64,000 bases of DNA, from the NCBI RefSeq assembly GCF_009834535.1, contig NC_045707.1, forward strand, positions 62,994,001 through 63,058,000, written 5' to 3'. The notes below the pieces were generated by a model, which was given only the letters and a program-made list of their open reading frames with translations, ran no database searches and was not told the origin of the DNA. Shown here in pieces: positions 1-12,885 of the stretch. Made by a program: the position numbers and the translations under genes. The first letter of the stretch is position 1. Each line of letters starts with the position of its first letter. Source of the DNA: Camelus ferus. Lineage: Eukaryota.

Positions 1-1330
1 CCATAGGCGGCCGTGATACTGCAGTAACAAAGCATAGTTTCTGACTTCATAAAACTCATATGAGGCAGGAGATGACAAATAAGTAAAGATACAATTTGCC
101 AAGGGGTTCTATGAACAGAAATAATGTAGGATAAAAGAACAGAGTGTGAAAGTACAGGAGGATGGGGAGGCTGTCAGTATTTCAGAAAAGGTGCTCAGGG
201 AAGAGCTCACTAAGAAGATGGGATCTAAAGGAAGTCAGAGAGCAAGCCATATAGAGTTCTGGGGGAAAAAAAATTCTTCCAGGCAGGGAACAGGAATTGG
301 AAAGGCCTGAGCCAAGAACATGTGAAGTGTGTTCAATTAATAGCAGAGAAGCCAATGAGGATTCAGCAAAGTGAAACAGAGGGAAAGTGACAGGAGGTGA
401 ATTTCAAGAGGTAGGAGGCAACAGGCAGGAAGGCAGCAAAACACAGGGACTTGAGTGAAGGCAAGGACTTTAATTATTACCTTGAGTCAGATGAGAAGCC
501 ATTGGAGGATTTTGTGTAGAGCAGTGACTAAACTTGTTTATGTTTTATAAAATAGCCATGGCTGATGTGTTGAGAGAAAGAGTGGAAACAGAAGAGTGAC
601 TAAGAAATGAAATAATTATAGCTCCAACTAACTCAGTAACCCAGTGGACATGGTGGGAAATTATCATATTCTTGACAGAATTAGAAAGTAAGTTCACTGG
701 GAATTTCCTAACATATTGACTGTGGGGTAGGAGACAAAGAGAAGGCATCTTGCATCCGCATATGGAGGGAAGAAATTGCCACCTCCTGAGATGGGGACGA
801 TTAGAGGAGGAGCACTGTTGTCTGGGAAGGGAGGTTAAGGCCATGATATTTTAAAGATACTCTTTGGTACATAGTTGCCTACAAGCGTCTGAAGTTCAGT
901 AAGAGATGGAGATATAAATTCAGACTGTTATCTGAGGTCATGACACTGAATAACATCCTCTAGGTAGTTAGTGTTGATAGTTAATGGGTCGAAGAACTGA
1001 GCTCTCAGGCATTCTGACATCTGAAGTTGGAGAAGATGGGTAGAAACGAGCAAAGGACACAGAAGAAATGGCTAGTAAAGGAGGAGGAACACTTAGAGAA
1101 CTCCGGAAGATTAGGGAAGAAAACATTTCAAATGCTATCAGCAGGTGAGTAATGGGAAGTGACCATTGAATGCGGTAACAAGAAGATGACTGTTGACCTG
1201 CACAAGAGAAGTCTGGTAAAATAGTGGGAATGCAAGCCCTTCTAGAGTAGGTTCAGGAGAGAATGAAAAAGGAGGAATGACAGTAATTCTCAGCTAACTT
1301 TTTTCAAGAAATTTTGCTACAAAAAAAAAA
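1..1330 (-). mobile_element. Decayed LINE-2 fragment
   Basis: Purine-rich tract with L2 antisense hallmarks, e.g. GAGAAGCCATTGGAGGATTTTG and GTGACCATTGAATG...GGTTCAGGAGAGAATG. Confidence 0.7.
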
Positions 1331-1387
1331 AAAGGAGAAAGGATAGTAGCTAAAGGAGAATTATGATCAAGAATTTTTTGAAACTCA

Positions 1388-1492
1388 GAGATTGTTGTGA
1401 ATATGGAATGAGATAATGCATATAAGGCACCTAGACTAGAACAGAGCCTGACTTACAAGAGATCAATAAACGTTAGGTGTTATTATTATTAG
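1388..1492 (+). mobile_element. MIR SINE 3' part
   Basis: TTGTTGTGAATATGGAATGAGATAATGCATATAAGGCACCTAG...CAATAAACGTTAG...TTATTATTATT. Confidence 0.75.
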
Positions 1493-1739
1493 TGTACACT
1501 AAAGGGATATTTTTTCTATAAAAGCAACAAAAAGCCACTTCCTCCTGTTCTTTTTCTTCTCAATCTCTGAATAACTAAGCAGTTCTGAGATCACAGAAAT
1601 CTTTGGAAGACAGAGAAATCACCTTGACTCGCAACTGAATAAGTCAGCTGACTCGGGGACAAGGAAATATAGATAATTCATACTTACTTGTTATCAAATA
1701 ATCCAAACTCTGTGTTTTCGCCATATATTTCAAACTTGG

Positions 1740-2500
1740 CTGCATTTGACAGTTTACCACCTCCCCCTTCATGGAGCGCTCAGCTATCTTGATTTCTATG
1801 ACAACTTGTTACTGTTTTTTCTGCCTCACTGAACACTTCTCTAAACTGTCTTCTTCCTCTCTGAGTGTATATTTTTTCCCCAAGATTCTGTCTTCACTCG
1901 ATTTCTTCTCTCTCCCTCAATGATCTCAGTATCCAGAGGTACCTCATTCTGAAACACGTTCAAACCTGAATACATTTTCTTAACCCTGCCTTGGTTCTTC
2001 CTACTTTTGTTCACTGTTACAGCTGAAACAATTACTGTTTTATCTGATGGCTACCAAAAAAATTCTATCATTCTTGGTTTTTCCTTATCACTTACATCTC
2101 AGATCCAGTCAGTGGTCTGTCTGGTCCTGTAGTTTGCATTCTCTTGCCTGTTTGTTTAACTGCCCTCTACTGCTCTTGACCCGCTTTTGCATGTTTTAAG
2201 TCTGATCTCCCCTGAGGGATAGGCTCATGACATCTTCACTTGAATGCCTAATCACCACCTCACCTTTGACATATCCAAACTTGCAGTGTCTCAAGGTTCC
2301 CCATCACAGTAAAAGACACCGCTGTTCATTCATGAGTCTTGAACTCTGCAGTGATCCTCAACTCTTCTACTTTTCTAACATCCCACCTCCAATCATCAGC
2401 ATATCTTTCAATTCTACTATTCAATTGTATCCCAAATACATCTCACATCTGACCACTTCCCACTGGTTCCACCACCACTCTCCTTATCTCTTCTCTAAGT
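1740..2500 (+). mobile_element. Fragmented LINE-2
   Basis: Pyrimidine-rich, with L2-like motifs (GCATTTGACAG..., ACATCTTCACTTGAATGCCTAATCACCACCTCA). Confidence 0.55.
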
Positions 2501-2509
2501 TACTGAAAT

Positions 2510-2900
2510 ATCCTTTGTGGAAAGCATTATTTTTGTTAACAAATATCTGGTTCTCCCCTACTTGCAGGCTACAAGGAAGTCACGCTCTTCTCTATCCACT
2601 TGACGTGTGATTTGCCCTGGCAAGTGAAACATATGCATATGATTTGTTTCATTTTCAAAGGAAGTCACTTAGCTCCCACTGCTGATCTGTAGATCTTTTT
2701 CTCTCCTTTCTTCAGCAATTGTAGAAGCACTTGATGTGAAGGTGCCATGAGATTGATGCTGCGTGGGGAGCTGCCTCAAACCACAGCACACTCTGCATGT
2801 GTTACCATCCAGCCTGACTGATACAACCTCCAGACGGAGCTCCTTGCTTTCTCATCCCTGCAGACTGCTTTTAACAAAGCTGCCCATTGCTCTCTTGATG
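2510..2900 (+). mobile_element. Old MaLR (MLT1-like) LTR fragment
   Basis: GTGTGATTTGCCCTGGCAAGTGAAA and following sequence resemble MLT1I/J/K-type LTRs. Confidence 0.4.
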
Positions 2901-4034
2901 CATAAAACATTGTATCTGTCCTCTGTTCCAAACCTTCTAATTGCTTCCGATCATCATACTTTGAATAAAATCCAAGACCATAACAACACCCCCACGGCCC
3001 AATAAACATGACTTGGTCTCTGCCTAACTGTCTGGAGGCTTTCCATTCCCTCTTACCCCTCATTCATTCCCTACTCCAGCTACACTGCGTTTCTTTAATT
3101 CTTCAAATATAACTAGTATATTCCTGCTGAAGCCGAAAGCAAAATGTCATCTCTCTTCCTTCTGCCATCTTCTCTCTGATCAGTGTGTCCATGGCAAAAG
3201 CTGGTTAGGGAGTCTGAGAAATGCCTTTTGCAGCCTTCTAGTTTTAGTAGTACAGAGAAGAGACTAGAGGAGCATGTGTGGGGCTAAGAACCAATAAACA
3301 ACTATCCAGCACCCCTGGCATAATGTAAATTGCACAATAAATATTTATTGAGAAGGCAAAATGAATATGTCCTTCTCAAAGCTTCTCCTATTAATCACCA
3401 CTTGCTCGTAAGACTGTGACTAATACAGAGAGGCACAGCGAATGGCGATGGAGGTGGCGATCTGAGAACTGTGTAACCAGTAGGGACAGTACTCCTGAAA
3501 ACTCACATGGTAAGCAAACCAACACAATGAGACTCTCTTCTTATAGATGAAAGTTGCATTAAAGCGTCTCACTGACTAACACACCTCATTCAAACTCCCC
3601 TTCTGGAAAAATGAGATATGGTCCTAACCAAAGGCTGGAGCCCTACGATCCAAATCTGGCAGCGATGATGGGGCTGACATGGGAGTCACAGAGCATGAAT
3701 GGAGGCAGTTTTAAATAATGACAACCAGGGAAAAGGCAGAAGTAAAAGCAAACTGATATTAAAACTGAAGCATCAATTTAATGAAACTGGCTAGTGAGGC
3801 AGAAAGCAGGAACCAGGGAACAGAACAAGAACTGGTCACCAAGGGACAGAGAAAAGGCTCAGAATAAAGGAGAGGAGGCAGAGCTTTAAAAAAAAAATAA
3901 AATCCTGTGATTCTGGAGCATAATCCACCCTAGGCTTTGGAATAGCTGTCTTTCTACTCCCTGGGTGGTGGTGGGGGAGAGACAAACTATAGGATTAGGA
4001 AAGAAACGGCAGATGAAATTTAATTTATTGTTAC

Positions 4035-4260
4035 TTTAAGTTCTAGTCACTATGAGAAGCATTATATACAAATACGTTACCTAAATTTCAGTTTATTAAA
4101 TCCCCTGAAATTAATCACAGTCTCACTTTTACAACTGAGAATAATGAGACCCAGAAATGTTAAGTCTTTCCCCCACGTGGCACAATTCAGTAAGGGGTAG
4201 AGACCGAACCAAATAATGACCTAATTTCACAGCCCATGATCTTTCTCGGTAGCTCAACCT
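4035..4260 (-). mobile_element. MIR SINE
   Basis: CTCACTTTTACAACTGAGAATAATGAGACCCAGAAATGTTAAGT is the antisense MIR core. Confidence 0.65.
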
Positions 4261-5289
4261 CCTGGTCAAAGTTGCTGGCATTAAATCTATTAAATATATA
4301 GGACACACGCGCAGGAAAATAACATTTTAGGAGTCATGCAGATATGCTTATAACTGCCTTTAGAACACATACGGTGAACTAATTTATCTTGCTAATTAAG
4401 TTTCTTATGTTAATATTATGATGCTTTTTTTTTTTTTTTTGCACATTCCAAGCGATGAAGGAAGGCGGGTCCAGGAGGATGTGGACTGGTGGGAATGGAC
4501 CTTTGTGACAATAACCCGCAAACAAACAATCTACCCACGGCTAATTGAGAGATGACTGCATTTTTCTATGTTTGTTCTATCAAACCAGTAGCTCATTTTG
4601 TATTCAATTTACATTGCTGATAAACTGTTCATTGGAATTTTCTTCATGTTCGTAATTACTTTTGAGGTTAAAAAACCCCATAAATTAGAACTTTTGAATT
4701 ATTGTAATGATAGTGCCGTGAAGTGCTTTTGAAACAGTCTTTGTAAATTTATTTTAAAAATCTGTAGGAAAATACATGGGGGTTGCATTTCTCTTTTTCA
4801 CTGCCTGTCCCAGTGTGTAAGGGATTGTAAAAGGTGGGCTATCTCTAAGAGAACTGGGGGTGCGACGTGTAAGTCAGCAGCATCTATTTTTCAAGCACAT
4901 TTCTCTGGCAGAGCCCAAGAAAAACACAAACAAAAGGCCAGATTTTACACTCAATTTAAAGATGTAATTTTTTTAAAAAAAGCAGCTTAAGGAAATAAGG
5001 TATTTTTCTCTCAGATCTTGATGGGAGATGACATTTTACCTGAAAATTGTTTTGTTATGAATAGCTAATACATGTAGCAGAGATCCCCAATCATTTCTGC
5101 TCAATTTTCACCTCCCCTGGTTGACTCCCACATTCTTTAGTGGAGCCATTACCCTTTGCCTTTTCGCGATAGCAGCGTTCACACCTGGAGGACACCTGCT
5201 CAGCTCCCGGTCAACTTCCTACAATTCGAATCTGCCAACCATGGAAATTGTTCTCCCAGAATTTCTAGGCGCTCCATTTGTAAGGAGTA

Positions 5290-6320
5290 CTTGCCTGCTC
5301 TTACTGAGTTCAGTTTCTCCAAAGCCTTTGTTGTTACTGAGCATTAACTTCTCTTTGAAATTTTCCTCCTTTGAGCTCCAAGTCAATATCCCTCTCTGGT
5401 TTTCCTCTTACCCCTCTGACCACTCCATCGTGAAATCTCTTGAGGTCTCTCCCTCTTCCTTTGTCAGCGCTGTAACTGTTGGTGTCCAGCATGACCTATC
5501 TCTCAACTCTCCTCTGTAATCCTTTTTTTTTGTGATCTCATCCATTCTTAATTACTATTTTTAAAAATTGTGTTTCCGGTCCTGACCTCTCTGGTGAGCT
5601 ATAGACCTTTCGATCATCCGGCACATGGAGTACCCATCTCGGCAAAACTAGAGACGGACCTGTCATCCTGCCGAACACTATGCTCCTTCTCCTGCGTCCT
5701 GTACCTCATCCAATGTCACGGCCATTCACGTGGTCCTCCGGGTCCCAGATCTGGGAGCTGTTCTTACCTTCCCTCTCACGTCCACCACCCACCACACCTG
5801 AAGGAAAAAGAATTCTTACTCAATTCTGTAAACTTAGTATGTGCCAACATTTCAGTTTCCTCTCTCTTTACCACCTCGCTTATCTTCTTTCACCAGAATT
5901 ATTTTAACAGCCTTTTTTTTCTTTTTCCTTTTTCTTAATTCTGGTCTTGCTTACTCCTAACACAGTCACTGCAGTAATCTCTTTAAAAGTCAATTCTTAT
6001 CATGGTCACTGTCTTGCTTATAACCATTCAGCTATTCCACCTGGACCTTGTATCCCCTGCCAGACTCTCAGACAATGGAGACAAGGTCGTTCATAATTTG
6101 ACCCCAAATTACCTCCTGTCATTGTCAGTTTCCATCCCAGTCCCCCACCTCTCTTATAAAAAGCTATTAAACCACAGAATTCCTCAAATGCAGCATTCTG
6201 TTCTTCCTTATCGTGGCACAGGCCACCCACAAAACATACTCTTTCCCCTTTGTCTCTTGACTTGCTTCACCTAACGACTCCCTACTCATTCTTTCATACT
6301 TAGCTGTGAAGTTTCCATGA
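5290..6320 (+). mobile_element. LINE-2 fragment
   Basis: Pyrimidine-rich L2-like sequence (CTCTCTGGTTTTCCTCTTACCCCTCTGACCACTCC, GTGATCTCATCCATTC). This explains the chance ORFs at 5121-6274. Confidence 0.7.
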
Positions 6321-6341
6321 TTTACCCTTCCCAGCATACAC

Positions 6342-6342
<1 letters not shown>

Positions 6343-6387
<45 letters not shown>

Positions 6388-6388
6388 A
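6343..6388 (+). repeat. (CA)n microsatellite
   Basis: Direct inspection. Confidence 0.95.
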
Positions 6389-6699
6389 TCATTTAAAAAT
6401 AAATGTGAACTGAAAACACTTTTAAGAACAAAATTCATTACCCTAGACCCACACAAAAGAAAATCTATTACCACAGACCAAGATAAGTTCACTGTGTTTC
6501 ATAAGCAACTTTGGTACCTGTGCTTTCAAACACTTCTCTAAAAGCACCACAGAAGAGCGATCACTTCCGTTCTCTGAATGAACACTCATAGAACCTCACT
6601 ATGTGCCTTCACTTCTTCAAGGTAGTGGCGAGTCAAAATTTATTGAAAAGGAAAGAAAAAAGACTTACAAGGTGAGAGGCGTAATGGAACAAGCTACCA

Positions 6700-9600
6700 T
6701 CCTGTGTGTTCATTCTGTTCCTCCTTTAGAATTCATTCTAGATTCTGCTTAGCTTCAGACACCCTTCTGTTCTAGACTGCTTGTTTATCCCACACCTTCA
6801 TCACGGGTGTCTGAGCCCCTAGTCACCTTTCCTTGTCAGGTCTTGGTGCCACAACTGCTCATCCATAATTATCACTGGGCATGGACGTGGCAAGAGGGAG
6901 CCTGCTGAGTCCCCTCAGTGCGGCCAGGCTTGCTCTTCACTGCCCCCCTATGTTACAGCGGCACAGTGTCTGCATGATAATCAGGTCAACCATTCCTGCC
7001 CTCAGGGGAACTCTTTTATTGGCTTGCTGGTCTGCTGGCATGAGGAGCCCAAAATGACCCGGTGGCAGCTTTGGCTTTAAATTTAGTTGAACATTTACTA
7101 TGTCCCAAGTTGTAGACCCTTCCCCTTCCCACACGTCACTCAGGAATGAGATATTATTAGTCTGGTAGAGACTAACTTGCAGGGACAGGAGGCACAAATT
7201 CCCTAATGGGGTAAATGGAAGAAATGGGAAGTTGACGACCTGCTCCCAGCGCTTGCTTCACACACCCATGTGTGTCGGCTGCTTATACCGCGGTCTCACA
7301 GAACTGCCGCTGACTCAGTGTAGACTGTGCCCCGAAGGACAGTGCTCTAGCACTGCAAAACGTCCTCCCCAAGCTGACGCCATATGTGCACTTTTGAGAG
7401 ATTCTTCCAGGATTCTGTAAGATTGACAGTCCCTGACCTGCGGACCCCACGGGCACGCACCACTTCTGACACCTCCGCAATCCTGCAGCGAGTCCTTAGT
7501 CCTGGGTGAGGTGATGTGAGGAGTCCTTGGCATTAAATCGGAGCTCTCTCTGACCATTCTGCTAGCGGAGGTACTGTATACAGGGATACATGTCGGTCTC
7601 AATAAAGATGAATTTCTATGAGTATAATCAACAGGACACCAAGCGACTGGTTAGGTTCCTCAAAAAATGAAGGTTTAGTATTAAGCTCTGTGGCTGACTG
7701 GTCAGACATTCAGCAGCAGATTACACTCGGTGAAGGAGAATTCATGCTCATAAGCCCACGAATAGCCATTTATCCCAGCCGACACAGCTTCCCCATTCAT
7801 GAGCCAAGCATGCGAAAACTTGGGTGGAAAAGAGGCTGGCTAGCATATACTAGATAAGTAGTTATATCCATCTGATTTTAGTGGCCCCTCTTAAATAAGT
7901 ATTGTCATGAGACAAACAAAAAGACCCACACACCACTGTGCCACTCCCACATGTGCCCAACCACACGCCTCCTCCATATCTCCTTGTCTCTAGTATTTTG
8001 TTCTTGTACTTTCCAGATCCCTGATCAACGTGCAAAGCTATTCACCACTTCTCAGGAAGGTTTGTACCTTGAATCACTTCTTTGTTCCCGTAAAGATGAT
8101 GACAAGGCATCCTAAATGAAGTTCCATCCACAGGGAGACGTCTCCCTCACCACTGTCTCTCAGGGCCACCCCAAGGTGGGGTGACTGTGATGGCAGTCTT
8201 TTCTTCGCCTGCACCAACACAGCAAGCAATCCATCCATGTCCCAGGGCCAGGTGTTTTGCACCTCCATCAGCCAGCCTTCAGGAACCCTCACAGAGGATG
8301 TACCCATGAGCCCAGAAAGAGTTGTCCTAATAGCAGTGGTAGGTGTTAAGGGTTCTGGTCAAGGAACCAGTGTGAAGGGTCCATTATCTAGTAAGTTTAT
8401 CCAACATGAAGATGCCGTCAGGGACCAGAGAAATGACCATCCCAGAGATCTGTGAAGAGGGCGTGGACTGGAACTTGATTTATCACTGGCCCCTGTGTAT
8501 CTCCCTCTACAAGGTGAGCCGTGATGTGTGGGTCTTCAGGTATGAGCATCAGCTCAGAACCTATATCTAAGTGGTCTCAAAATATCTAGGTATTTCTCCC
8601 TTCCCCAATGTATGCTATTTTATTAAGGAAAAAGATTGGGGGAATGACGAATGAATGTGCCTTCTGTGCATCTTCCTTCTGCAGAATTCTTTCTCTCCAT
8701 CAATCCTGACCCTGAACCTGAAAACACTAAGGTCTGGAAGCAAGGATTGTGGTTTCCCATTACAGAGGCTGCCATCAATCTTCTTCTCACTTGATCTTGA
8801 CCTTCTTTGATGGCATAGGTCAGAGATCAGCAAACTTCTTCTGCAAAGGGCTACATAGTAAATATTTTATGGCTTTGCGGCTCATACAGTCTCTTTTGAA
8901 CCTACTTAACTTTGCCACTAGCACGAAACAGCCATAAACAATAGGTAAACAAATGGACATGGCTGTGTTCCACAGGCAAACGACTGGCTTTGACCCACAG
9001 GCTGTAGACTGCTGACCCTGATACAGGTCAAGGAACACCCTTACTGGCTGCCATCCGTCTCATCCATAGGCGATCTATGGTCTATCAACTAAGATGGATC
9101 CCCAAAAGTCAGCCCCTGCGTGCCATTCTGACCTTCCTGCCCACCCCAATTACATCTACTTTGCTTCTGATGGTTGAGTGTTGACACCTGACATCAATTA
9201 CGCCATGATTTTAGTATCCACGTTGACCAGGGAGACAAGCTCTATGAAAGCATCTTTTATCATCAACAGAAGCCTACAAAGACAGTCACCACTATAATTC
9301 TTATCAATGCTGGTGCCCTCCTTAACAGTGAATTCCTGAACACTTTAGTACAAAGAATGTCTTCTGAGACCTTCCAGGAAACATAGTCAGATGGTTTTTT
9401 TCTACTTATGTAGTAAATTCATTCTGACTTGCTCTGTTCTGAGTCTTGTATAACTGCTAAGGCAGTCCTAGCCAGTTTACTCTATTTACTTAGCTGTCAT
9501 TTCAAGCTTCAGAGTGTAGTCATGATAAAATGGTAGGGCCAGCTCATGGTCCTATTTCCACACTGCTAACTCCTGACTTATGTGAGACGATCTCTACATC

Positions 9601-10745
9601 AGTAGTACCCACTGTTAGTCTCATATTCCACCCTCCCACGTCCTACCCTGTGAAATTCATTCTGAGGCATGTTCTCCCAGTGCTGGGTCATATAATTTAA
9701 CCGGATCCTACCGCTGTTTTGATATATCATCCTTTTCCTCCTGTTCAGGTACCATTCTTTGCTACTTGGACAAAGCTGAGATGACTGTATTTACTGGACT
9801 AAGGGCACTGCAGGAGGCAGGGGAAGATCCTGAGGAAAGCAAGCATGTAAACAAGGAGAGGTTTCTCTCCTCCTGCAAAAGGTGGGGTGGGGGAAACTAC
9901 TGCTGACCTAGAACAACCAAGGAAGTATGGTCCATTTACCTAAATATCGTCATAGCTCTGTGGGTCCCACTCCTTCCTTCTCAGGCTCCTGACTTTAAAG
10001 TAGGAGGGCTGTGACTCAACCTCTTGTTTAATGGTGCCACTCGTAAAGTTAGGCATGAAACCTTTCAGCAGATCCTATCCCCTTAGATTTAAGATGCTCT
10101 GTTATTGCCATGGAGATCTTCTGGCTTTTATGCAATGTCTTAATTAGTTGGAAGCTGACCCAAGCGTTTCATATTCTTCCTTTAGGACGTCTATGGTAGG
10201 TAACAATGGCAAATCAACTCCAGGATTTACTTAATAACCACTTCCCCAAGTCTCTCAGGAGCTGGAGCCACAGCATAAGCCAGTGCTTCCTCTTTAACCT
10301 GTGTCTCATCAACTCACCATGCGTAAGAGCTTTAGTAATTGTGACATCCTGCACACCAAGTATACACCTATTAATTACCAAGCTATGCACCACTTTTCTT
10401 GTTTATCTTGTATTACTTATTTTCCCTTCCATAAAGTTTATGACAGAGTTTACTGAATGAAGCTCTGCCCGTTAAGGGGATTTTCCTTCACTGCCATCTT
10501 CCTAAGTTACCTCTAAGTGGAAGAAGTGTGGCAGCAGCCGTTTTTCTGCTTGTCCCAGCGTATGAGCAAACCATCCATGATTCAGGCCCAGATGCTTTGT
10601 TCCTCCGTTAACCAGCCCTAAGGAATACCCGAGAGGCCATCCCTGGTACCCTAGGGGGAGTTAGCAAAAGAATTCCTGTTACCATCCGACTGGCAAGCTC
10701 TCCAGTTACACTGTCTCACATCAAGGGAACAACTTCTAGTACTCT
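6700..10745 (-). mobile_element. ERVL-class endogenous retrovirus internal region (gag-pro-[RT missing]-RNase H-IN-dUTPase-like), probably ERV3-16A3-like
   Basis: Frame-disrupted minus-strand peptides resemble ERVL Pol: protease LDIGSELMLIP (about 8575-8545), RNase H ALRDSGEGDVSLWMELH (ORF 8074..8307), integrase remnant (7250-7600) and KLPPGHFGLLMPADQQANKRV..AGMVD (ORF 6937..7197). Confidence 0.85.
8821..9020 (+). mobile_element. MER58A-like hAT-Charlie MITE nested in the ERVL
   Basis: Terminal inverted repeats CAGAGATCAGCAAACT and AGACTGCTGACCCTG; internal AAAGGGCTACATAGTAAATATTTT...CATGGCTGTGTTCCA; degenerate 8-bp TSD GCATAGGT/ATACAGGT. Confidence 0.85.
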
Positions 10746-11160
10746 CCTAGGTTGAGTTCCTTAACGGGCACACCCCAGGAAAAAGATAGGACAGGCAGCT
10801 TATTTGAGAGATGTTCCCAAGACGGCCTGGCCAGGAAAGAGAAAGTAAGATGAATTAAGGAAGCCAAATATACACCATGCTATCCAGCAAGTTACTGATG
10901 TGGACAACTAGAATGCCTCAAAATTATCCCTCCCAAGGGTCAGGAAAGCCGAACTATCTATCTTCAAATTCTAATCCATCACTGGCCAAGGAGAGCGCTA
11001 GAATGCTAACTCCCTAAGACTTCCAGATGCCCTGAATGTAACATGAGCAAAGTCCTGAGACTGAAAAGTCAGGAAACTGCAGTAGGACACTGTGCTATGT
11101 TCTGGCACCGTGAGTACCCAGGGGCTATGGGCAGGACATCAGTTACACATGCTGCATCCA
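10746..11160 (-). mobile_element. 5' LTR of the ERVL (LTR16-like)
   Basis: TCCTAGGTTGAGTTCC...GCAGCTTATTTGAGAGATGTTCCCAAG resembles the LTR16 antisense end and abuts a degenerate primer-binding site at about 10725-10743. Confidence 0.6.
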
Positions 11161-11214
11161 TGATAGTTGATGGAAAGTCAGAAAATGATGGATAGAAGGA
11201 AGACAAAGAGACTT

Positions 11215-11660
11215 TATTTCCTAGAGTAACAAGCTAAGATACTGCAACATAAACAATCCCAAAATGTTATGCTTCAGAAGAGACAGAAGCTTATTTGCCT
11301 CTCACATCAGACTCAAAGTTCCTACATCAATATGTGGCTCTTCTCCACGCGGTGATTCAGAGACCAAGGCTATGGCAGTTCTGCAGTATTCAGTGTGTGG
11401 CTTCCAAGGCCACACTGAAAGTCGCCTTTCAGCCAGGGAAAGGGGAAAGCACAGAAGGAAGTGGTTTGCTTCTCAGCATGTGTATTGAAGCTAACAGCCG
11501 TCATCTTCTCTCATGTAATATTAGCAAGTTTTTGTCACATGATCGCCCTTAGCAACAAAACTATCTGGCAGTTGTTGTTCTTAACTGGGAAGCGACATCC
11601 CAACAAAACTGTTTACCATGGAAGAAAAGGAGAATGGATCTGGGGCTAGTTTCTGCCTCC
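11215..11660 (-). mobile_element. Old MaLR LTR (MLT1-like)
   Basis: GCTAAGATACTGCAACATAAACAATCCCAAAATG...AGAAGCTTATTTGCCTCTCACAT. Confidence 0.55.
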
Positions 11661-11801
11661 GAAGGTAAGAGGGGCTTCTTCCATTAGGGGAGATTCCGTA
11701 TACTTATTATAGTTCATGAAAATAAGAAATAACTATAAATATACTGTTTAAAATTGCAAAGACAATCAATAATTAGACAACCAAAAATTAGAAAAAAGAG
11801 A

Positions 11802-12885
11802 GGATCATATAGTAGCTCTATTTTAATTCTTGGAGGAATCTCCATACTGTTTTCCATGGTGCCTTCCTGTTACTCCCAGAAGCAGTGCACAAGGGTTCCC
11901 TTTGCTCCACATGCTCACCAGTAGGTACACCTTCTGTCTTTTTGATGATTGCTATTCCAACAGGTGTGGGGCGACATCTTTTTGTGATTTTGATTTGTAT
12001 TCCCCTGATGATTAGCGATGGTGAGATGTACCTCTTGGCCATTTGTTTGTCTTCTTCGGAAAAATATCTATTTGGTTCTTCTGCCCATTTTTCAACTAGG
12101 TTAATATTTTTCATTATTGAGTTGATGAATTCTTTATTTATTTTGGATATTAACCACTTAACAGACAGAGTTGAAAATATTTTTTCCTGTTCCATAAGTT
12201 GGTTTTTTAATTTTGTGGATTGTTTCTTTTTATAATCCCACTTCTGGGTATGTATCCAAAGGAAATAAAAACAGGATATTGAATATATATCTACGTCCCC
12301 CATGTTCATAGCAGCATTATTCACAATAGGCAAGATACAGAAATAATCTAAGTGTCTATCAACAGATGAATGCTTAAAGACGATGTGGTGTATAAGCAGA
12401 GTAGACTATTAGCCATGAGAAAGAGAGGAATCCTGCCATTTCGTAGCAACATGTATGGGACTTAAGGGCATTATGCTAGTGAAATAAGTCAGAGAGAGGA
12501 AGACAAATACATTTGATATCACTTATGTGTGGACTCTGAAACAGCCAAATGTGTAAAAAAAGAGAGCAGAATGGTGGTTACCAAGGACCAGGGGAAGAAT
12601 TGGGGAGATGTTGGTCAAAGTGTAGAAAATTTCAGTTGGGAGGTGAACAAATTCTGGGGAATCTAATGCACAACATTGTGACTATAGTTAACAGTACTGT
12701 GTTGTATACTTGAAAATTGCTAAAAAGAGTAGATCTTAAATATTCTCACCACAAAAAGGAAATGGAAATTATGTGACTACAATGGTAAGCATATTGCAAT
12801 AGAAAAGTGTCTCAAGTCAACATGTCTTAACCTTTGAACTTGCACAATATTATATGTCAGTTATATGCCAATAAAGTTGAAAAGA
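11802..12885. mobile_element. L1 with 5' inversion (11802-12231 antisense; 12234-12885 sense ORF2 end plus 3' UTR)
   Basis: Track ORF 11818..12333 holds L1 ORF2 C-terminal residues (IRGIQIKITKR...[13 protein letters not shown]). The sense part runs from AATCCCACTTCTGGGTATG to AATAAAG and an A-rich tail. Confidence 0.9.
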
